From assembly GCA_950097015.1 (NCBI GenBank), contig CATNEN010000029.1:8432001-8496000 (forward strand): a stretch of DNA of 64,000 bases, given 5' to 3'. The notes beneath the pieces were generated by a model. The model made no database searches. It had not been told where the DNA came from and saw only the letters and a list, made by a program, of their open reading frames with translations. The stretch comes from Macrostomum hystrix. Its lineage: Eukaryota > Animalia > Platyhelminthes. The translations under genes were made by a program, and so were the position numbers. This document shows, piece by piece, positions 1 to 12,790 of this stretch. Positions within the stretch are counted from its first letter, which is position 1. Every line of letters starts with the position of its first letter.

Positions 1-3000
1 ACCATCAACTGGCGACCGATGTGGTTACATAGAAGCGACAAAAAAGACAACAATGACCTTAATGAAGACAAAAATTGTTGTTGATTTATCATTGTTGGAT
101 TCTTTCAGAGAGCTCGCCTATCGTTTCTGTTTACTCTTGTTCAATTTATTTTTCTTTGTTAAAATGAACTCTGATTAAAGATCATTATAATCTACCTCGG
201 CTAAAGTTATCTTGCTTAATTCTTGTTTTTTATCTACCTAATCTGTCTAAAACGCTAATAGAACTTCTATTTTTTGTCTTCTGCCCTTTACGACAAGACA
301 CGAAATTTTAAGGAATATACTTAAAATAAATTTTCCCTTGGATTTCATTGTCTGATAATTTTAGCCTGGTAGTTAGAGCTTTGGACTTGTAAACCGAACG
401 GTATAAGGGAGCTCTAATCTTAGTTCAAGGGAAACAATCTGCTAGTTATTGCTACAATTCACTCCGCTGAAATCTATAGCATTGGGCTAGAAATTCGGGT
501 GGGTGTTTCGACTCACGCAGTCCACGAACTGAACAGTGGTACACAGCCTTTAGATAATGAAATAAAGTAATCAAGTAACCAAAAAAGTTCTATTATGACG
601 AATAATTTTTAATTATAGTTTTTCAATTTGAACTTTTATATTTTTTATATACTAAATAATTATAATTTAATTTTATATTTACGCATTGAGTTATATTGAT
701 AAAATTATTATTTTAATTATTAAATTTTAAAGAAATATTATATTAAAAAAATTATTAATTAATAGAATATTTAATAATAAGCAGATTAACGTTTGACATG
801 AGCCCAGCAAAAGCTGCCACGCTCCGCATTACTCAGCCTTCAAACCTCATAGTCCAGAATGCATTTATAACTATTCCCCATATAGCAGACCCGATCAGCA
901 GTCGTAGACTGGACATTCTCATTTCACGCTTCAGAGAAAAAAACTTAATTTTTTGTGTTTCTCTCTTTATTTATAATCTAATCCAATTCTACTATCAGCT
1001 GTCTGTTAGTGTAAACAATATAATGGATCTAAATTAGCAAAGCCGCTCATAATTCGCACTGTCCGTCCATTGCTTTGAGCTAAATTTATTATATTAATCT
1101 GCTTTCAGCTTAAATGGGTTCCCACGTTGGTTGGATTATCTAAAAATGACAACATGATCCCATGATTCCCACCATAGTCACTGGCTTATGTGTTTTTTAT
1201 AACCTTGAAATATTCGCAATATACGCACTTTCCAAAACAGTTTAATTCTATAACCGTCGACAACCTAATCCTAAGTCATATGTCAATTTCAAAGCCATGT
1301 CACCTCTCTCTAATAATCGCACTATTACGACCTGACCTATAAACGCTTTTTCTATCAACGCAAGATCCGGAAATAATTTGCGATAACTTATATATTTACG
1401 TCTGTCTATATGTGTACCTATATTTTTTGTTTGCGTATTTGGGTGTTTATGTGTGTTTTATCGGCTTTGCTTATAATCGGTTTGTTCTTTAGTTGTACCA
1501 GCAAACGATCAGTCACTTACATACTGCCCCCTTCTGTCTCTCTCAGCTGTCACTCCGTGTCTCGTCAATGAAAAATATATAAAAGTTTGCAAAAATCAAA
1601 AGGAAAAAAAGATGCACTCGGACAGCAAAGAAACAACTCGATCCCAAATGAGGAAAATTATATTATATTACGAGTTTTTATGCTCCGCGAAAATACTTTC
1701 TTTTCATATTTTTTTTTCTTTTAAAAAGTCGGCTATTGAAGCATCTTGGCAAAGTTTATCTTTTGATCGGCTGTCCCAATTAGTACTTAATAATAATAAT
1801 TTATGGGCTTATAGGTCAGAAACTAAATTTGGTTGCTTGTTGGTTGCCAACTGAAGCTGTGCGGCCCCTGGATCTTTGTAGACTGGCTAATGTGGGCGGC
1901 TGAAAATATGCATTTGCACGATCGATTGCTATACTGCAGCAAACTTGGAGAGAGAGAGATTACTGTTCTGTTCCGTTTTCTTGCCTTCAACTGCGAGTCC
2001 CTAGCGACCGCGGTTTGGGTGGCGGTGGGGTGAGGAGTGCGGGTCGCCCGGGTGCCAAAGTATCCGTGCACAATGGGCGATGAGGCCGGTAGGAGGTGGA
2101 GACGGCTGGAACCGTGCGGGCCAGCGGAGGTTTAGTCCCATTGACGCGGACTAGATTCAAAAGCTTAGCCAAAAGGCCCGAGACAGCATCCAACACTTCC
2201 TGCCCCTGAAACTGCAGCCAATCCCGCACCTGCGGTGGGATATTGAGTCGAATGTTTTTGAGTTGGGAGCTAGTTTATTAACCATGGGCTAACTAATTGA
2301 CTATCCTATAATAGGTGTATATTTTTTACTGTTAGCTACTTGCACAATTAGTAACAGAAGATGGAAATATTCGAATCGGAAAAAAATTCACGAATCAGGA
2401 TTTTTGCCATTTCAGATTTCAGAAATTCGGATTTCAGCATATTGGGATTCAGCCAATTGGGATTTCAGCGAATTGGGATTTCAGCAAATTATGGGATTTC
2501 AACAAATTGGGATTAGAGCAAAGTAGGATTTTAGCATTTATGGTATTACTAGGAATTGAGATTTTTATAGACTGGTAATACTAGGAGTGGAGATTTCTTT
2601 GCAATTAAGATTTTTAGAAATTAGGATTTTCTAGGAATTGAGATTTCTAGGATTAGGGATTTTTATTTATTTATTGGCTTCTAAATTTTCACTTTAGTTA
2701 CAAATACATGCACGCAAAACTATTTTACATTGAGGGAATGTGTTAAAATCGTTAATACTAATCAAGATCACGCTGATTCTGAACTTTCTCAGCAGTAATT
2801 TTAGCCGCGTCCGCAGCAGCCGTGAGCACACCCCCATCATACTTGGGTAACAATGCGCCCAATCTGATCGAAAGTAAAAAATCGCTCGTTACAACAATAG
2901 TCCATAACGACTGTGTCTCGGAATGGCTGTAGTACAGATTCCCGGGCAATGACGGGCGGTTGGAGTTCACTCTGATTGCTCAATCATATTTTATAGAACA

Positions 3001-3639
3001 CGAATCGCTCAAGATGATGAGGAGATTTTCGACCGGCTACACAGAAAACTCTCCACAAGAGATTTTCATTAGATGACTGAGTCAAACTGGGGGTGAAGGA
3101 ACTGTCTCGCCAACTGCCAACCAACGACGAACAGCCGCGTGCACTTTTATCCGATTCTATACTATACTATTGACGTTGCCATGGCGACAGTCTGACCAGC
3201 TAATTATCCACCCGGCGGGCCGGAGAGGAAGCAGATCCCGATGACAGCCGAGACGCGGGTGGGAGAGATTGCGAGAAGATTCGGAACGAGCTGACTTCAA
3301 GGGAGTGTATGTATAGGGGTTTGAAAGATTGGCATGAACTTTTCTCCTTCTAAAAGGAGACTTTCGGTTCAGTAAAGGTGATTTGGAGGACTGTTTCCTA
3401 TTTATCTTCTTTTTTCTTCATTATTTTCTTAGAAAAAACATAGCCGCCTTTAAAGCGTTTTCTTTTGTCGAAAAGTTTTCTTCCGAATTCGTATCAATAT
3501 TGGACACACAGAGTGACAAAGCTTGTATCATGGAGACTGGTATTGTATTGTCCTCTTTGAATATTGCCGCTAAATGGTTTAAATAGTTTTTTTCAATAGA
3601 CAGAATTGGCGGAATATAGTTAATTGAGAAATGCCTCAC

Positions 3640-6600
3640 CAAGTCCAGGTAGCCCAGGTAGAATGTCTGATCGATTAGCGGGAAGGCCTGGGCGCCTGTC
3701 CGCTGCTGAATGCGAGTCAAGTTGGCGAACTGCAAGTTTAGGAACTTGGCTGTACTGTCATTGAAGGTTGAAATCGGCTTTCTAAATCTGTATTCAGGAG
3801 CTGCCCCTAGCCTTGTGTTTGTATTATAACTGTTACTAATTGACTACCACACTTAGTCGATAATTGAAGCATTCTAATTAGGCCGATTTTTTCGCACTGC
3901 ACTACTTATAGTAGTGCTCCTAAAAAGTAATTGAAGAATGAAGCCAGTTCAATAATTAAGTTAGTTGATTGAAGACTGATCAGGCCACTTTAAAAAACTC
4001 TAAAAAGGGAGTGAGTGGCAGAGCGGTCTAACGCGTTTGCCTCTCGCACCAAGGTCCCTGAGCTCGATTCCGCGGCGAGGCGACACTTATTTGGGGCACA
4101 GCCGCGGAGAGAAGGCTTGGGGGCTTGTCGTGCAATTTACGCCCTTAAGGGGCAACCTTCAAGGCACAGTAAAAGTGTACTCTGCCTGACGATGAAAAAG
4201 TGTGGGCGTATGCCTGCGTACGGTATCTGTGTGCGTATGTGCTCAGGAGTCAGCGAAATGGGCAGAATTGCCTCCTCGATGGTTGCGGTCTAGTGTCACC
4301 AAATGATGTGCCTTTGCCCGCAGCCCTCTTCCAGATGTTATTATTCTTTTTTTATCACGCCTTTCTAAGAATGATCAGGACACTCTAAGAATGATCAGGA
4401 CACTCTAAGAATGATCAGGACACTCTAAGAATGATCAGGACACTCTAAGAATGATCAGGACACTCTAAGAATGATCAGGACACTCTAAGAATGATCAGGA
4501 CACTAAGAATGATCAGGACACTCTAAGAATGATCAGGACACTCTAAGAATGATCAGGACACTCTAAGAATGATCAGGACACTCTAAGAATGTTTAGGACA
4601 CTTAGAATTATCAGGCCACTCTAAGAATAATCAGGACATTCTAAGAATGACCAATGCACTCTAAAAATGATCAGGACACTCTAAGAATGATCAGGCCACT
4701 CTAAGAATAATCAGGACACTCTAAGAATAACCAGACTAGATCGTCCAGGAATCAATAGGCTAGCTTTGGATTCTCACAAGCCAGGCCCTGTCGGCGAAGC
4801 CATAGAGCGTGGCGGCCTGGTTTACGCATGGCACACCAGCGTAGGTTCAGGCCGGCTAGGAGGCTGCGCCAGTCGCTGCGGGCGTCGCGCACTCTCTGAC
4901 GGATCAGGGCGCAGTCAGGCTTAAAGGTTCTGCACGGGGTGATAGGCGAAATTGAATCGGGATAAACTAAAGAAATCTAGATAAAAAGTAGACGAAACAT
5001 TTTTTAGCTTCTTTCATCTGATATCCATCCTATTCTACTCAGGGTAGTCTATGATGTTATTTTGTTAAAAAGAAAATTTGAATGAAGGTGACAAAGTATT
5101 ATAATTTTGCAAACTATACGTCTTTAATAATAAACATTGAATTTCCTGACGTTTCTTGCGAATTTCTAAGACATGTTTTTGTCTTCAGTTCGTCTGCAAC
5201 TTAGTCTTTGTTTGCCTCTGAGCAACTTTTATATTTTTTATATTTTTTCTATCCTAAAAGCTGACCAGAAAAAGCCAGATCTAATGGAAAATTAGAGGAC
5301 GACTGTCGTGAAAAGTCCAAGGCCCAAAGGCAAATATTGACCTGCTGAGCAAGCAGTCGCTACATAGCTAGTTAAATTCGCATATCTTGGATAGTATGTT
5401 TCGTTTAAATGTTATTCAACTAAAATGACTGAAAACATATAAATTCGTCCTGTAGCAATACAGCACAGTACTAAAAAATTGAAATATCAAAACTATCAAG
5501 CAAAACTGATACAATTTAATCGTGGAATAGTACAATAAATTCGTGCAAGAATTTAAATATAAATAGATTGCGTTTCAAATAATTAAAATTGATATTGAGT
5601 ACTAAGCTGATTCGAGTCATTGGATACGAGTGACTCAGCTCTGATTGGATACGAGTGACTCAACTCTGATTGCATACGAGTGACTCAACTCTGATTGGAT
5701 ACGAGTGACTCAACTCTGATTAGATATGAGTAACTCGGCTCTGATAGGACACAAGTGACTCGGCTCTGATAGGACACAAGTGACTCGGCTCTGATAGGAC
5801 ACAAGTGACTCGGCTCTGATAGGACACAAGTGACTCGGCTTTGATAGGACACAAGTGACTCGGCTCTGATAGGACACAAGTGACTCGGCTCTGATAGGAC
5901 ACAAGTGACTCGGCTCTGATAGGACACAAGTGACTCGGCTCTGATAGGACACAAGTGGCTCGGCTCTGATAGGACACAAGTGACTCGGCTCTGATAGGAC
6001 ACAAGTGACTCGGCTCTGATAGGACACAAGTGGCTCGGCTCTGATAGGACACAAGTGACTCGGCTCTGATAGGACACAAGTGACTCGGCTCTGATAGGAC
6101 ACAAGTGACTCGGCTCTGATAGGACACAAGTGGCTCGGCTCTGATAGGACACAAGTGGCTCGGCTCTGATAGGACACAAGTGACTCGGCTCTGATAGGAC
6201 ACAAGTGACTCGGCTCTGATAGGACACAAGTGGCTCGGCTCTGATAGGACACAAGTGACTCGGCTCTGATAGGACACAAGTGGCTCGGCTCTGATAGGAC
6301 ACAAGTGACTCGGCTCTGATAGGACACAAGTGACTCGGCTCTGATAGGACACAAGTGGCTCGGCTCTGATAGGACACAAGTGACTCGTGGAGGCCATTAA
6401 ACGTCAATGCGAGAAATTTGCTAAGCTTATTAAAATATAAGACGAAAATATTTTCGCATCCAATACGAGCTATAGTAGCGGCTGCGAGAAGCTGACGACA
6501 AAATCCCACTTTCTCCTTCCCAGTTCCCGCCTTCTGTCGCTTATCCCCTTGAGGATTAAAATACACGCCGAGAAAATAGGAAATCGGAAGCAAGGCATTG

Positions 6601-9398
6601 GAAGACGGATAGTTGAATTTGGCGCTTGCAGCTACAGTGGCGGGCCAAAGCAAACACACTTACAGAATAAGGCGACGAGAGAAGCCAATCAGTGTGACTG
6701 TCTAGCGAAATCCGACCAGAGATTTGCCTTTTTCCTTCTTCAATACGTTTGATTCCATTTTTGCTGCCTACGTTCTATTTTATCTAGCCTGAAATCATGT
6801 CTATGGCTTACCTGGCCGATTTGCCTGAACCAATGCTGATCTGACAGCCGGATCCGACACTAGAGATCAGCCGAATCTCAGAGAATGTGGCCTGCAACAG
6901 CAAGCAGATGGGCGCCGATCAGTTCACTCACTGTTCTGTCTGTCACTTTGGTCCTGTGTGTCTGTCTGTCACTTTGGTCCTGTGTGTCTGTCTGTCACTT
7001 TGGTCCTGTGTGTCTGTCTGTCACTTTGGTCCTTGGTGCCTGTCTGTCACTTTGGTCCTGTGTGTCTGTCTGTCACTTTGGTCCTGTGTGTCTGTCTGTC
7101 ACTTTGGTCCTGGGTGTCTGTCTGTCACTTTGGTCCTGTGTGTCTGTCTGTCACTTTGGTCCTGTGTGTCTGTCTGTCACTTTGGTCCTGTGTGTCTGTC
7201 TGTCACTTTGGTCCTGTGTGTCTGTCTGTCACTTTGGTCCTGTGTGTCTGTCTGTCACTTTGGTCCTTGGTGTCTGTCTGTCACTTTGGTCCTGTGTGTC
7301 TGTCTGTCACTTTGGTCCTGTGTGTCTGTCTGTCACTTTGGTCCTGTGTGTCTGTCTGTCACTTTGGTCCTGTGTGTCTGTCTGTCACTTTGGTCCTGTG
7401 TGTCTGTCTGTCACTTTGGTCCTTGGTGTCTGTCTGTCACTTTGGTCCTGTGTGTCTGTCTGTCACTTTGGTCCTGGGTGTCTGTCTGTCACTTTGGTCC
7501 TTCTTACCTGCTCCACGCGAATGTCCCAATCGGATAAGAGTTTTCGGCTGCGAAAGTACTTTGACCTGGCATTGTAAAATGATAGTGTTTTTTATTGAAA
7601 TTAAGTTTGATACACATAAAAAGAAGCATTTGTTAAACGGCCCATCTTTTTTTCTATTCACATCGCCCTTTACGTCTTCCATCTGGGTCCCATTTTCGGA
7701 CTCAGTCCAAGCCCCAGTCCGAACTCTCAACCCAAATCCGAAACCCCATCTCAACATCGATTCCAACCCGAATCCCAATCCAATCCCAAACCCAAGTCCC
7801 AAACCAAGTCCCAACCTAAGTCCCAACCACAATCCAAACCACAATCCTAACCCCAATCCTAATGAAAATACTAACCACAATCCAACCCAATCCCAACCCG
7901 AATCCCAACTCAATCCCAACCCAAATCCTGACACCAATCCCAAGTACAGTCCTATTCCCAATCCCAACGATAATCCCAACAACAATACTAACCCCAATCC
8001 CAATCCCAATCCAATCCCAACCTAATCCCAACCACAATCCCTAACCCCAATCCTAATGGTCATACTAACCACAATCCCAATCCCAACCCAATCCCAACCC
8101 AAATCCCAACACCAATCCCAATCCCAATCTCAATCAAAAACCCAACCACAATCCCAACTCCAATCTCAACCCCAATGGCAATCCCAACCCAATTCCAATC
8201 CCAATCTCGCTCCCAGAAACTAGCTCCATTCCCAACCCTCTCCTCAATCCCAACTCAAATCCCAATCCCAACTCAAATCCCAATCCCAACTCAAATCCCA
8301 ATCCCAACCCGAATCCCATCTCGGCATGCCTCACCAGTCTGTGTGGGGCTCATCAATAACCAGCAGCACCTTGCAGCGATCACGACTAGCCGATCGACCG
8401 TGGAACAACAGGCTGCCAATTTGGCCAGCGAAGCCTGCTGACTGCGGCGGCTGCGGCTGCTGCTGCTGCGGCGTCTTCGACGGTGAGGTTGGCGCGCTAG
8501 GAAAGACGGTCTTTCTTGGCTGCACCGGAGTTGCTTTCGGATCATTTGTTTCTGCGGCTGCCTGCTAGTGGCAGTGGGCAGGCAATCAAAAGTTACTCTG
8601 AGACCCACAGGTATAAAATACAAATAACTAAAAAAGACCTTTATTGCACCACCGACATTTTCGCAAAGCTACACTACCAGTGTGAGGGACGGAGTTTCGG
8701 GGTTAAGCTCCCAGTAATGGCAATGGACAGCTTTTTTATGTTGTTTTGTTTAGTGTCCAGTTTAATGGTACTGAAATTTTCCAAGAAATCAAATTTCCCG
8801 TCCTTCTTATTCTTGTGGTCCTTAGGGAAAAGTCCACGAGAAGCCCAATGGGTTCTATGGCTGTCGTTTCGTTCCAGCGAATATAATTCTATGGCTAGCT
8901 AATATTAAATTTGGCCAATATATTGAGCTACCTCACGGCCATAGACAACTTTCTGGTGGAGTCAAGAAACGGCACTTCTCATACAAACTTGTCTACTGCC
9001 TAACTAAAAAATGTTGATTGTCTATGGTCGTGAAGCCAGCTGAGAAGTTCGAACCTCCGAACCTCCGAAGTGTCTATTCAACTAGAAGACGATGCGAGAC
9101 AACAGGCCGTCGAAATCGTAAACACACAGAAAGGCTAAAAACGTTCAAAAATGATCCCATTAACTCGTTTAATGGCTACCAGTATCAAATTGAGAGGAGT
9201 TATGACACAACTCTGGTAATAGAGCAGCAGAAAGTAGTTCGATTCTTGAGCATTTTCTTGAATCGAAAGCATCTTACTTTTGAGACCGGCTGCTGCTCCT
9301 GCTGTTCCTGTTGCTGCTTGCTGCTGTTGAGCCCGACAATCGGCGCCTTCGCCTTGCAGATCGCCAGAGGAGAACCGACGCTTCAGATAGTTCAGCAT
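3640..9398 (-). CDS. SYN: Synapsin, 5' six coding exons: 9398-9278, 8551-8335, 7565-7508, 6891-6812, 4929-4778 (one extra base near 4845), 3729-3640; 3' exons not found in the window
   Basis: Exon translations: MLNYLKRRFSSGDLQGE (invertebrate domain A, PKA site), KVLLVIDEPHTDW|SKYFRSRKLLSDWDIRVEQ|ATFSEIRL...SAR|TFKPDCALIRQ...DWRSLLAGL/YAGVPCVNQAATLYGFADRAWL|FANLTRIQQRTGAQAFPLIDQTFYLGYLDL. All are bounded by AG/GT with consistent phases; the 58-nt and 90-nt exons match the vertebrate SYN exon sizes as I recall them. Confidence 0.95.
4007..4346 (+). mobile_element. tRNA-derived SINE, copy 1 (in synapsin intron 5)
   Basis: A-box TGGCAGAGCGG, B-box-like GCTCGATTCC, body closely similar to 51090-51456, short TTATTATT tail. 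Confidence 0.8.
4364..4732. repeat. 20-bp minisatellite (CTCTAAGAATGATCAGGACA)n
   Basis: Direct tandem copies visible; in synapsin intron 5. Confidence 0.95.
5620..6386. repeat. 25-bp minisatellite (GACTCGGCTCTGATAGGACACAAGT)n
   Basis: About 30 tandem copies; explains the spurious repetitive ORFs 5685-6659, 5710-6354 and 5720-6397. Confidence 0.97.
6936..7500. repeat. 26-bp minisatellite (GTCTGTCTGTCACTTTGGTCCTGTGT)n
   Basis: About 21 copies filling most of the 616-nt synapsin intron 3, starting 7 nt from the donor. Confidence 0.97.
7720..8320. repeat. Degenerate hexamer repeat (CCCAAT/CCCAAC/CCCAAA)n
   Basis: Low-complexity C-rich hexamers in synapsin intron 2. Confidence 0.9.
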
Positions 9399-11311
9399 TG
9401 TCGAATAAGTGCCAGCTATATGCGAGTATATATAAGATATATATCTTCAGAGATAAATTTTCAGCTTAAGAGCCGGAGGGCGACTTGCAGAAAAGACTAG
9501 AAGAGGTTTGGGACAGAAAAGGGAGAGTGGTTAGGGAAGAGAAAGTGGGAAAATTGAGTATGGAATCGCTGGTGGTATGGGAGGCAAATAGGCTATTCTC
9601 TAAACTATAGCCGTCTCACACACAAAGTCTCCCACTCGCCCCTCGCCCAGCCGTCGTTTCTCCCTTTCCAAATGACGCCCCCACTCCGGTTAGCTCGTCT
9701 CCGACCACTTGTGTGTTTGTGAGCCAATCCCAGCCAGTTGCTCAAACCATCCGTTCCCCAACCCCTCCCACTTATAGAGGCTGAAATCCCAAATGGGGCT
9801 GGGTGAGGAAGGCAGGCAGGGCTACAGGAGCTCGCAAGCGTTCGTGTGTATAAAATATTGACGCCGTCCGAATCCCATTCGTCAGCTAGGCCGGCCGGAT
9901 TAAACCCAGGGCCCCAACCCCAGCGCTCAATGACAAATGAGCAGGAAATCTATAGAAGCGTGGAGAAGTCTGAACATCGGCGTGGAAAAAAAGTTTTTTT
10001 TCTTCAGATTGTTGGCCTCTTACAGTCGAGATGGACCAGCTGCGTGTATGCAAGTATCGCGTGATAAAATCCCTATCCCAAATAGATATCCTCTTTTTTA
10101 ATTCAACTCGGTTTTGTTATACCCTTAATTAACACTAGAAGGACAATTAAAAAATGTTAAATAGGAATTAAAAACCCACATTCTTCTTTTTCTGTATCTC
10201 CCAAAATGTTCAACCAATTGCCATGAAAATCCAGAACACGGGCTAAAATTTTACGCCCAATCCGATAAAACAATTCTTTCAGAATCAACAAAACATCGGC
10301 ATCGTCGAGCTATTCAACGATTCTTGTCGGGGTGACTTGTGACAAAAACCACCAAGAGGCTTATATAGAACAATGTCCTTGTCACTAGGGTCTTCGACAA
10401 TAACCGCTGTAGTTTCATGAAAATAAGTCATTTGGTTTGGGAGCTGTCGTGAAAATAGTTTGGTCTTTCCCTGTGACGACGCCGCCGCCGTCGGCGGCCC
10501 ATACCTATTAAGCACTGACGATGGAATTTTTTAATGTAAATTTTCGGGTTTTCTTAAACGTGTGTGTTAGCAGAGTCTTCAGCAATTGGCTCTGTTCGGT
10601 CTTTCCATTCCCTTCTTTTTCAATTGGATAATTCACATGCATGCATTCCTTTAATTCAAGAGGCAACTGCTGCACAAGTTCCCATTAATCCCGGCATATA
10701 TATATATATAAGTGCCGTGTTTTGGGAGCTAGGCATTGGGATGAGGATCGCGTTAGAGACGGGGGATGTAAGGTTGAAGGCGGAGCGGCATTAATCCCGA
10801 GCTGAAGCCGCTTGCTCTCTCTCTCTGTGTCTGTTACAGGCTTCTCATTTTTCCTCGTCAGTCCGTTGCCTTGAATGTACTTGTCAGGGTAAAGTTTTTT
10901 AGGAGAAATACGAGCTTTAGTTTCACGAAGTGTTCCTGCATGCAGTATCAATCAGGGCCGTCACATACGGCTTTTGATATTTGCCTGCAGAATTGCTTGA
11001 GACCACAAGCAAGGAAAAATTCCCGTGGGGATTCTATTCCCCGCATAAACCGGCCTACATTCACTAGCCAGCGGTGTGTACCGCCTGGGCGCATTATAAA
11101 CCGGATAATGGAAGACGGACAGCTGAGTTCCTGTGGGCAGCACACCGGGTCAGTTTCTATACTGGCATGTACTCACTGCGGATTCGGAATAAATGCTTAG
11201 CGCTATCGTCTACGGCACAATATACTCGTAATTGATTATTACTTTTAAGGTAAGCAGGCAACACTATTGTGCCAGCAAGCACTTGACACGCACCCGACAA
11301 TACTATATTTA

Positions 11312-12790
11312 CTAGTGGAAGCAGCACTGAAGATCTAGTGGAAGCAGTCTCGAAGATCTAGTGGAAGCAGCACTGAAGATCTAGTGGAAGCAGCACTGAA
11401 GATCTAGTGGAATCAGTACTGAAGATCTAGTGGAATCAGCACTGAAGATCTAGTGGAATCAGTCTCGAAGATCTAGTGGAAGCAGCACTGAAGATCTAGT
11501 GGAAGCAGTACTGAAGATCTAGTGGAAGCAGCACTGAAGATCTAGTGGAAGCAGCACTGAAGATCTAGTGGAAGCAGCACTGAAGATCTAGTGGAATCAG
11601 CACTGAAGATCTAGTGGAATCAGCACTGAAGATCTAGTGGAATCAGTCTCGAAGATCTAGTGGAAGCAGCACTGAAGATCTAGTGGAAGCAGCACTGAAG
11701 ATCTAGTGGAATCAGCACTGAAGATCTAGTGAAATCAGTACTAAAGATCTAGTGGAATCAGCACTGAAGATCTAGTGGAATCAGCACTGAAGATCTAGTG
11801 GAATCAGCACTGAAGATCTAGTGGAATCAGTCTCGAAGATCTAGTGGAAGCAGCACTGAAGATCTAGTGAAATCAGTACTGAAGATCTAGTGGAATCAGT
11901 ACTGAAGATCTAGTGGAATCAGCACTGAAGATCTAGTGGAAGCAGCACTGAAGATCTAGTGGAATCAGTATTGAAGATCTAGTGGAATCAGCACTGAAGA
12001 TCTAGTGGAATCAGCACTGAAGATCTAGTGGAAGCAGCACTGAAGATCTAGTGGAAGCAGCACTGAAGATCTAGTGGAAGCAGCACTGAAGATCTAGTGG
12101 AAGCAGCACTGAAGATCTAGTGGAAGCAGCTAGCACTGAAGATCTAGTGGAAGCAGCACTGAAGATCTAGTAGAAGCAGCACTGAAGATCTAGTGGAATC
12201 AGTACTGAAGATCTAGTGGAAGCGGTCTCGAAGATCTAGTGGAAGCAGCACTGAAGATCTAGTGAAATCAGTACTGAAGATCTAGTGGAAGCAGCACTGA
12301 AGATCTAGTGGAAGCAGCACTGAAGATCTAGTGGAATCAGCACTGAAGATCTAGTGGAATCAGCACTGAAGATCTAGTGGAATCAGCACTGAAGATCTAG
12401 TGGAATCAGTCTCGAAGATCTAGTGGAAGCAGCACTGAAGATCTAGGAGTGGAATCAGTACTGAAGATCTAGTGGAAGCGGTCTCGAAGATCTAGTGGAA
12501 GCAGCACTGAAGATCTAGTGAAATCAGTACTGAAGATCTAGTGGAAGCAGCACTGAAGATCTAGTGGAAGCAGCACTGAAGATCTAGTGGAATCAGCACT
12601 GAAGATCTAGTGGAATCAGCACTGAAGATCTAGTGGAATCAGCACTGAAGATCTAGTGGAATCAGTCTCGAAGATCTAGTGGAAGCAGCACTGAAGATCT
12701 AGGAGTGGAATCAGTACTGAAGATCTAGTGGAAGCGGTCTCGAAGATCTAGTGGAAGCAGCACTGAAGATCTAGTGGAAGCAGCCCTGAA
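11312..12790. repeat. 23-bp minisatellite (CTAGTGGAAGCAGCACTGAAGAT)n
   Basis: About 64 tandem copies with recurring variant blocks. Confidence 0.97.

Noticed and set aside
1-84. Plus-strand frame ending ...DLNEDKNCC* (possible prenylated C-terminus)
   Set aside because: Only 27 codons visible, with no other support.
360-430. tRNA-like start (TAGCCTGGTAGTTAGAGC...TTGTAAA)
   Set aside because: No B box or acceptor-stem closure; at most a decayed fragment.
1987-3300. Weak synapsin-like matches on the minus strand (GSWRD...LTQ...LWRVFC; VRDWLQFQGQE)
   Set aside because: Far weaker than the real exons, with incompatible splice phases and stops; likely chance.
3421-3735. 104-aa ORF taken as a whole gene
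   Set aside because: Only 3729-3640 is exon; the rest is intron read-through.
5685-8037. Long repetitive ORFs on both strands, including NPNP-rich ones
   Set aside because: Translations of intronic 25-bp, 26-bp and 6-bp repeats.
10871-11200. KCSC motif suggesting TIMP
   Set aside because: No signal peptide and no HPQ..FC continuation; wrong position relative to synapsin.
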